From Pelagomonas calceolata (lineage: Eukaryota): DNA of 64,000 nt. The position numbers and the translations under genes are program-made. The DNA is taken from contig CAKKNE010000005.1 in assembly GCA_918797485.1 (NCBI GenBank), positions 4,030,001 to 4,094,000 on the forward strand, given 5' to 3'. Below are positions 56,253 through 64,000 of the stretch, piece after piece. The notes beneath the pieces are model-generated. The model ran no database searches and was not told the origin of the DNA. It saw only the letters and a program-made list of their open reading frames with translations. Within the stretch, counting starts at the first letter, position 1. Each line of letters opens with the position of its first letter.

Positions 56253-56421
56253 GTAGGGTGACGTGAGTTTGTGTTTTTTGGGGGTGAGTGCCTGTCGTGG
56301 TGGTCGTTGTTTCTGGGGCGCGGCGGGCCATCGTTGTAGAGGGTAGGCGCCGCGGCGACGGCGTTGGGGGGAGCGCTCGTGTGGTGCGGTGACCGCGGAC
56401 TCTAAAAATCGTTAGGGCGGC

Positions 56422-56688
56422 TTGATCTTGGCCCAGGACCTCTCCGCGACCTCGCGGACGCATCCGGGCGCCATCGCGCGTAGTCGCGCCGATTCGCATC
56501 CAGGCGGTCGATGGAATCGAAGCGCCGGTCCCGCTGGCATACGGGTCTCGTCGCTCGGCGGCTTCAAGGCCTACGAAAAAGCCCACCGCGGTTGCCTCGT
56601 CGCAGCCTTCGCCCCAAAATTTGCTTCCCTGCCCGAGGAGGTCGTCGCGAGCATCATGGAGTTTTACGCGCATCTCGGCTTCTACTAA
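56422..56688 (+). pseudogene. Orphan C-terminal gene fragment
   Basis: Protein-like tail GGFKAYEKAHR...FAPKF..LPEEVV..I.EFYAHLGFY with no upstream ATG or 5' exon. Confidence 0.35.
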
Positions 56689-56766
56689 GGCCGTCCGCGG
56701 CGCGCCATCGGGGCCCCGCGCGCACCAAGGTTAAGAACTACAACAATTGGTTTTACACGAAAGGGG

Positions 56767-57873
56767 TCAATACGGAGGCACGCCGCCGCCGCGACCGCCA
56801 GGCATCCCCGGCGGCCCACGCTCTACCGGCACCGGGATGGGCACGAGGACGGGCGCCGGCTCGAGGAACGCCGGAATTCCTAAGCCGCCGCGGCAGCACA
56901 TCTTGAACATCACGAAGTCGCAACATTCCATCGGCGAATCGCAGTCCCACATCCCTTCGCATTGCCCCGGCAGTAGTTTCCGCTTCTGCTTTTTCTCCTT
57001 GTTGCGCGGCGCCTTCTTTTTAGAAGGAGGAGGCGCCTCGGACTCGCCGTCGGACGCCGACATCACTAAAGGAGCGTCCTGGGCGACGTCAGACGACGCC
57101 GACATCGCCGACATGAGCACGAGCGCGTCCTGACCAATGTCGGACGCCTCGAAGCCAAAGGAAGGAACGGCGGCCGGCCGCGGGCCGTCCAAGCCCGCCA
57201 ATACATATTCCCGGAACGCCAGCCACCCCACCGAGTAGGGCGGGCTCAGCGGCCGCCCGCCGACCTGGACCCGATCCACGACGTGCTTGAAAATCTTCCC
57301 TTGCTCGTCAAGATGGAACGCCGACGTCGCGTCGACATAAGCTGCTTTTGATGAACCACGAGCGTACCATTTCGAGTACCACGTCACTTTTATTATCTTC
57401 TTGGACCAGTCGTAGCGCAGCTTGAACGTGATGTCAACCTTATCGATCATGACCCTTCGGAACATGCGTATGACCCCAAAAAACTGCTTGTAATTTTGTA
57501 AACCACGCGTCTGCACGCCACTGGGGTCGGCGAGCTGCACGTTGTCCGCGTAGATGTCCCAGGACAGCTCTCTATCCGCGAACGCGGGGACGTCGCTCCG
57601 CAGCGCATCAATGGCCCTACCAAGATTCAACTCGAACTCAGAAGGGCCTCGCCGCCCCGCCTCGAGCGGCGTCTCTAACGTAATTTTCTCGCTCTCGGGG
57701 AGGTTGAGGACGTTATTCCTTTCCGTTTGGTCCTCGACGGTGGCCTGGAGGACCGGCCGCTCTAGCGTGGACTGGGCCGCGACGACGACGTTTCGCTTCG
57801 TCTCGCGTTGCGGGGGCGAGGGCACGTAGGCCGTTACCACGCCCGCAAGGGCGATGATGGCGTAGATGCGCAT
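56767..57873 (-). CDS. DUF2358 (NTF2/SnoaL-like) plastid protein with Cys-rich tail
   Basis: NLGRAIDALRSD, DIYADNVQLADP....RGLQNY, SAFHLDEQGKIFKHVVD; signal VVTA-YVP. Confidence 0.7.
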   Translation of the reverse strand: MRIYAIIALAGVVTAYVPSPPQRETKRNVVVAAQSTLERPVLQATVEDQTERNNVLNLPESEKITLETPLEAGRRGPSEFELNLGRAIDALRSDVPAFADRELSWDIYADNVQLADPSGVQTRGLQNYKQFFGVIRMFRRVMIDKVDITFKLRYDWSKKIIKVTWYSKWYARGSSKAAYVDATSAFHLDEQGKIFKHVVDRVQVGGRPLSPPYSVGWLAFREYVLAGLDGPRPAAVPSFGFEASDIGQDALVLMSAMSASSDVAQDAPLVMSASDGESEAPPPSKKKAPRNKEKKQKRKLLPGQCEGMWDCDSPMECCDFVMFKMCCRGGLGIPAFLEPAPVLVPIPVPVERGPPGMPGGRGGGVPPY

Positions 57874-58261
57874 CCTGGCTTGCGTTTCGCTCTGAACGCG
57901 GACGTCGACGTCGCTGACGCGATTCAGGTCAGCGCGGTCCCGGGGAACGATAGCCGCTGCTCAGCCTGTTCTCTCAACACCTTCGCCAGGCAGATAAAGC
58001 GCTGAGCAAAATGCAAGCTTGCCACGCTGGCATAGCGCGGTAACGCACTAGAATTTTATTAGAAGTCCAAAGCCACCCGTCCACGGAGCCGTCAGGACCA
58101 CCCGAGCAACCCTCGTTCACTCTGTGCAACCCGGCACCACACCGAAGCATGCCTGGAAGGAGTGGGTGGCCTGCATCTCGTTATTGAGACGCTGCTGCCG
58201 GGGAGGAGCGGCTGCCGTCGAGGGTCGGCGCGCTGGGCAGCCTCCAGGAGGCCAGGGCCCC

Positions 58262-60522
58262 ATGGAGCCCCCGCGCCGCACCATACGAAGGCGCCACACC
58301 CTGGGGGATCGGCCCAAGTCCCAGCCCTCCCTCAGCAAGCGCGACCAGCGAAACCTGGCGCCCGCAGCGAAAGACTGGCGCGAGGCCGCCTACTCGTTAG
58401 GTATTCTCAAGACCGGTTACTTAGAAACCGCTTCTGAACAGTGGGATCGCTCAGCAGCCGCCACGAGTAGTGTGAAGAAAACTAGGTTCGTGGTCCTGAC
58501 GCACGCCCAGCTGAGCTGGTTCAAGCGCAACCCCGGGGATACGGAGTACGGCGACGAGCGGGGCGCGATACCCCTGGACCAGGTCACGTCCGTAAAACTC
58601 GACGGCGAGAAGATCGAAGTGTTTGATCAGGGTGGTTTGCGGCGCTGGTTTCTCTGTAGGGACGGCAAGGCCAAGGCTTGGAGGGACGCTATCGACGTGG
58701 CACGGCAGGCGCGCTGCCGCAGTCCGGCCGCTTCGTCGCCGCGGGAAGCGCCGTCCGCCTTGATCATACGGACGAGGCAGTACGCGAAGTCTATTGTCGA
58801 AACGCGCGCGGCGTACGGGGCCGCGACGCTAGTCGAGCCGGCGGCGCCCGGTAGCGAAGCGGCGTCCCATCTCGCGGCGACGGCGTCGGATCGATGGCGT
58901 CGCGACGCCGGCGGAGAGAGAGAGACACGGTCGCGTCGTGCTGACACGCGGCGATGTCATACTGGTGGGGTACTGATGCGCGTCGATGGCGTACTGGTGT
59001 TGTACTGATGCGGTGGAGTACGCCATCGGTACCCGCCAGTACGCCATCGACGCGCCTCAGCACGATGAAGCTCGCGAGTGGGGACGGGTCGGAACAAGAG
59101 TACGCCATCGACGCGACGCGAGAGGATCGAAGCAAACAAAACACAACGCAGGCGAGGGCTTCGAGGTCCTGCGAAAGAATGGAGACGTCAAGATCGACGC
59201 CTCATCGTTAGCCAAGGCCGCGGCCGTCGGGCGCTGCGTTCTAAAAGCGGACGACGGCGCGCGCGTCGTGCTGCGGGCCGTCGCCGCGGAGGCGCCGACA
59301 AGAGTCAAGCGGTCCTTCTTCTCCTCGCTCGTACTACTAGCCTCCGTGCTCTACACGATTTATGCGCTTGGACTCAAAGCTATCTTCGCCATACCACTCT
59401 ACGCAGCTGCACTACAAAAGGCCTACGAACTACTACCGGAAAAAGTCGACGACGATCGCGTCGCCTTCTCCCTGACGCTGGAACCGCCTCCGAAGGAAAA
59501 GAGCAGCGAGTCGGACCATTCTCGTTCTCCGGAACGCGTCCCGATCGCTCCTGAGACGATCCCGAACAAGGTGGACCCGTCCGACACGGCCGCCGTAAGA
59601 GCCGCAGAAGCCGCGACAGGAGTCGGTAGGAAGTTCATCGTCGGTTCGAATGGCGACATGCGAGAAGCGAGAAAGAAGTGGCGCGCGTCGCAGCGGTGGA
59701 GGGCCCACTACGGCACTGATAAGATACTGGAGGAACCTCATCCCAAATTCAAAGCCATTAAAAAGGCATATCCCCACTTCTGGATTGGTCATGGTCTGTG
59801 TGGAAATCAACCAGTGGGCCGGGTGCACCCGATAATTCTTCACTAAGTCATTTCTCGGCGATGACGCGGTCGTGCTGGCTCCGTCGAGCGGTGAGGAACC
59901 GGCATCGCCACGCCATCGAGCAGGCGACGCGTCGATGGCGTGGAGGACGACGCGATGATTCAGCACGAACGCGCCGTAAAAATTTGATTTCCACACAGGT
60001 CATGGTAGAGATGGTCAATTAGTATACTTGGAGCGAATTGGCCACGTCGACATGAATATGTTAGCGAGGGAAAACGTGTCCCTCCAAGACATGGTCCGGC
60101 ATTACGTCGCGGTCCACGAGTTCACGTGGGCCTACTTGGCGCCGGAGCGGGACGGTCCTAGGAGTTATCAATGCGTCTTGTTCGATGTGGACGGCCTGCA
60201 GTTGGCGCAGTGTCGCGGCGTGCGCTACCAGTTCGTCAAAGCTTGTGCTAAAATCGCTAGGGAGCACTACCCGGAACGGGTCTCGCGCGTCGTCATCTGC
60301 AACGCGCCGCAGTGGTTCCAAGTGGTCTGGAAAGTGGTCAAGCCCTGGGTCGACCCGAAGACGGTCGCCAAGGTGAGCATTGTAAGGGCCGGCGTCGAGA
60401 CGTTGAGTGCGTTGCGCGAGATCTGCGACGACTCCCAGATCCCGGAATCGTTCGGCGGTTCCAACAAGGACCCGGAACGGTCCGAGCCCGAACGTAGGTT
60501 GGCGGCCGCGATGGCCGCGTGA
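58262..60522 (+). CDS. PH-domain + TM + CRAL-TRIO (Sec14) lipid-transfer protein; introns 58851-59151, 59788-59998
   Basis: KTGYL...RFVVL....LSWFK...GAIPL...W (PH); spliced IGHGRDGQLVYLERIG, HYPERV....CNAPQWF..VW..VKPWVDPKT..KV, QIPESFGG. Confidence 0.82.
59788..59998 (+). mobile_element. Full-length introner (211-nt intron; 203-bp element 59796-59998)
   Basis: Perfect 15-bp TIRs and perfect 8-bp TSD GTCATGGT (59788-59795, 59999-60006); donor GT from the TSD, acceptor AG from the TIR. Confidence 0.95.
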
Positions 60523-60738
60523 ATTTATTTCCTTCTTCCGAGGCGCGCGACTGTTCTATCTTCGTAAGTACGCCTATATTCGTCTCATGATTTTTTTGCT
60601 TAGAGCTAGGTGATAATATTTACGCGCCGCTTTATGGAGGGTTCCTGCTCGCGCCAACGATGGAGCCGCCGCCGCGACGACTGGCCACGGCCCACTCGGG
60701 AGCTTACTATAGCCCTAGCAAATTACAAAACGATCGAA

Positions 60739-61870
60739 TTACAACTTCTGGAACGCGTCGATGAACTTGCCGATGCCGTCGAAGAGGTTCCCCCCGCCGC
60801 CGTCGGCTTCGTCCATCGGGCCGCCCGTGTTCGTGCCGTAGACCTCGTCGAAGAGCTCCTCCAGCATTTCGTCGTTCGGCTGCGAAAAATAGTTCTTCAC
60901 GAACGCGTAGCCGCCCTCCACATCCTCGTCAAGGCCGCACTGGCGCCAGACGCTGTAGGGCCGCGGGTAGGTCCGGGCCAGCGCGCCCCACTCGAGCGTC
61001 CTCAGATAATAGCACGGCTCGAGGGCGTCGACGAAGCGCTCCTTGAACAGGCGGCCGGCCATGCCGTAGCCCGTCGTACCCATATCAACTAAGTACGGGT
61101 TCAGTAACGCGACCTGTGTGGAGATCAAATTTCAGGTGGCTCTGCGCGATGGCGTGGAGACTCCACGCCATCGACGCGACGATATTCCCATTACTGCGTA
61201 TGCTCGATGGCGTCATACCCTAACTCACTGGTTGATTTCCACGTAACCGCGTCTGCTCGATGGCGTGAAGGTCTCTCGCGTAAAATTCTTCCACACAGAA
61301 AGCGACGGGCCGCAAAGTTTCCTCACACGTATTCACTAATTCTTCACAAGCGTCCCGCTCCGGCGCCCGCGGACATAACGCGAAGACCGCCCTATCGTCC
61401 GCGTCCAGCCGGTCGCGCGGAAAAGCCTTGACGCGCACGTTGGGAGGCACCTCGGCCTCGTCCAAATCATCCATCTTCCACTCCTGCCTCGCCAGAGCGG
61501 CGGCCCCCGCGTCGGGGAAGAAGAGCACCAAGTTCTCGTCCTCTTCCATACTGAGAGCCCACTCGATGGCGACGTCTCGCGCGAACTCCGTCGAGAGTTT
61601 GAGCTTCGTGTAGGTCTCGTCGCCCATGCTCGTGTCGAAGTCTAATCGTAGTTTGAGGGAGCCGTCTTGTATCGCACCTAATAAGCCATTAGCCGCGTCC
61701 TGGACCGCGCCGTCGAAGTCGTCGGAGAGCGGCGTCGCTCTAGCTTCGCCGCCTTCTTCTACTTGGTAGTTTACTATTGCTCGGAGGGCGGGTATCCTGG
61801 CGTAGCTCGTCGGCGGCGCGAGCAGCGCATGGCTGAGTGGCAATGCCACAAGCAGCAGTGATCTCGCCAT
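60739..61870 (-). CDS. DUF1995 (LPA3-like) plastid protein; intron 61114-61306
   Basis: FFPDAGAAALARQEW, spliced RPVALLNPYLVD, YYLR...GALARTYPRPYSVW. Confidence 0.75.
61114..61306 (-). mobile_element. Introner (193-nt intron), composite
   Basis: TSD AACGCGAC / AAAGCGAC (7/8); ends CTGTGTGGAGATCAA and TTCCACACAG; extra internal TIR-like TCACTGGTTGATTTCCACG. Confidence 0.85.
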
Positions 61871-62232
61871 ATTGCGGCTCAGTGATGCAACGGAGCGCTG
61901 CGCCGGCTCTCTGGGGTGCCTCGCAGGCGCTGTCTTGCACCAGCGTGCAGGATTGAGCTCGTTTGAGCGCGTTTTTAGCTTGGGTGCGGCGGCCGGGCTA
62001 GCGTACACACACTAGCAACCACGCAGCCTCAGCAAAAACCGGACGTTGCTCCCGTAAGAAATCGACGCTGTCAGTGGCTATATCATATTAGTGGCCCCGG
62101 AGTACGTCGGAAGCAGGCGGCGACCGTCCGACGACCGTTACGCCGTCGAGTAGCAGCTGGCAGCCACTGCATAACCACTGCATAGCTACGCCGCAGCGCG
62201 CATAGTCGTGCCGTAAGCCGCGGGCAGCAAAC

Positions 62233-64000
62233 ATGATCGAAGCGATCGTACTCATTTGGTACGCCACAACGACGGTCGGCGCGACGAACACGCTCGCGTA
62301 CTGGCTCGTCACATCACTATTTGCGTGGATTTTGATGGGCCTCTTCACGCGCGGCCGCAACGAGGACCTCGAGGAGCTGCTGCGGAACGGAAAGGAAGAA
62401 GAAAAGGTCGAGTGCTGCGCGCCCTTCCAGGACCCGGCGGCCCTGGCCGCGGCGCAGCGGCCTTCCGTGAGGCGGTCGAGAAGCGGCCACCGCCTCGAGA
62501 TGTGCGCCGAATTACCAAGAAGCGTGAACCCCTGGGTGAACGCGACGTGGCGCGTCACGAGCGCCGAGCGCCTGAAGATGGCTCTATTAGCCCCGTGGCT
62601 GCTCCCGGCCCGCGTCGCGTTTTTGGTGATAGCGGCGAGCGGCGCGTCGTTCTTCGCGACGATCGCTACAATAGGCTGGGGCGCGCGGGCGCCGTCGGGT
62701 GAGTCGCTCCCGCTCACGACGCCGCCGGACGACGCCCGGTTGCCGCGCTGGCGGCGGGTCCTAGGCTTGCCTGTTTTACTGTTCGTGCGCCTCGCTCTGC
62801 TGGCTCTAGGCTTCTGGCGCGTCGAGGTGAGAGGGCGAGAAAAACTGGACGCAAACGCGAGGGTGCTCGTCTGCAACCACCTCAGCATGGTCGAACCCCT
62901 CGTACTGCTCATAGAGACGCGGTGCACGCCCGTCACCGCGTCGGCTTTCGCCAAATTACCGGCGCTGGGCGCTGTTGGAAGGTTACACCAGTTGATTTGG
63001 CTCGAAAGGGGCGACCCGGCGTCTCGTTCAAGAGTCGTCGACGCGATTCATCGACGCACAAGGCCCCAAGCTACCGAGTGGCCGCCTGTGTTAGTATTCC
63101 CTGAAGGGACGACGTTAAACGGTAGGGCCTTGATCTCGTTCAAGCCCGGGGCCTTCGCGCCTCAAGCTAAAGTGCAGCCGGCGGTCGCGCGGTTCCCCTT
63201 TGCGGTCAGATGCGGTATGGGATTGGATCCGTCCTGGTGCACCGCGGGCCCGCAGTTCGGCGAACTCTCACTCAGAATGATGCTGCAGCCCTGGAACCGG
63301 GTTCGCATCGACTTTTTGGATCCTATTGAACCATTGGAGGAGTCGACGGCCGCATTTGGTGGGAGGGTGCGCCGGGCGATGGCCGATTCACTGGGCGTGC
63401 CGGTCACGGACCACTCCTGGGCGGACATGTGGCTGAACATGACGGCGCGGTGATTAGCTGTGTGGAAATCATATTTCAGGCGCCCCACGCCATCGCCGCG
63501 ACGTCGTTCTAACCTGAGTCACTGGTTGATTTCCGCACAGGCAATTGGGCCTGCCGCCGCACAAGACGCTCGTGCAGCTCAAAGCTTTACAGAAGGCCCT
63601 GCCCGAGACGCCCGTCGAGCGGCTGCGCGCGGCGGACGCCCTCAAGAGGTTCGCAAGGGCTGATCAACAAAAACACGGCAAGTTGTCCGTGGTGCAGTTC
63701 CGGGCCGCGCTGCGCGGCAACGTCGTCGAGCAGCAGGAGGACCTGCGCCTCGACGATAGTACCTTGGACGCGTTGTTTGCGAAGCTCGGGGGCGGCTCGG
63801 ACGACATCGACTTCTTCTCGTTCTTAGTCGGCTTCGCCGTGCTCGACGCGCTGCACTCGTGCGAGGACGGTGCACTAGACCTGGTGTTTAGTTTACTGGA
63901 CGCGGACGGCGTCGGGAAGGTTCCTAGGAGCCGCGTCGACGTCGCTTTGCAGCTGCGGCCGGACGACGCTTCCATTAGAGACGACGCGTTCATCTCCGTG
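62233..64000 (+). CDS. Lysophospholipid acyltransferase (LPCAT/LPEAT2-like) with EF-hands; intron 63450-63540; runs off the window
   Basis: CNHLSMVEP, VLVFPEGTTLNG.ALISFKPGAF, QP; after splicing EF-hand-like ADQQKHGKLS..QF, IDFFSF, LDADGVGKV. Confidence 0.85.
63450..63540 (+). mobile_element. Short introner (91-nt intron)
   Basis: TIRs CTGTGTGGAAATCA...TGATTTCCGCACAG; decayed TSD GTGATTAG / GCAATTGG (5/8). Confidence 0.85.

Noticed and set aside
62870..62900. HX4E instead of HX4D in the acyltransferase motif
   Set aside because: As I recall, EF-hand LPEAT2-type enzymes also have Glu here, so it is not evidence of inactivation
1..64000. Hundreds of overlapping Arg/Ala/Pro-rich ORFs in the track
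   Set aside because: Shadow frames expected in GC-rich DNA; they lie opposite or out of frame to recognisable genes
1..64000. tRNA, rRNA, telomeric repeats or an autonomous transposase
   Set aside because: None recognisable by eye; tRNAscan, Infernal or HMM searches would be needed to exclude them

Overview
Eukaryotic, GC-rich, very gene-dense algal nuclear DNA. It is most consistent with a pelagophyte stramenopile (Pelagomonas/Aureococcus-like), inferred from ASAF-like bipartite plastid presequences, ~211-nt TIR/TSD introns and a MYND-RINGv-TPR gene. About 40 protein-coding genes are present, including an SLC4 bicarbonate transporter, P4-ATPase, glutamate synthase large subunit, Mfd/TRCF, an eEF3-like ABCF, TFIIH p44, frataxin, argC, MoaE, RPL28, NDUFB10 and IF3. 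The main non-obvious system is an intron-generating non-autonomous DNA transposon (introner) family. Of 17 introns reconstructed by hand, 8 carry CTGTGTGGAAATCAA-type terminal inverted repeats preceded by an 8-nt flank (usually a target-site duplication) that supplies the donor, and most of the rest look like decayed relatives. The window shows several states of this family: a near-identical young pair, both orientations, GC-to-GT donor change, an in-frame stop-free copy, a composite copy and one apparently inverted target-site duplication. A second signal is an oriented ~21-22-bp CTAGTGT[GC]TTAC-N4-5-CG[CT]TAG motif in about a dozen promoter-side intergenic regions. All calls are from manual reading; no database searches were run.
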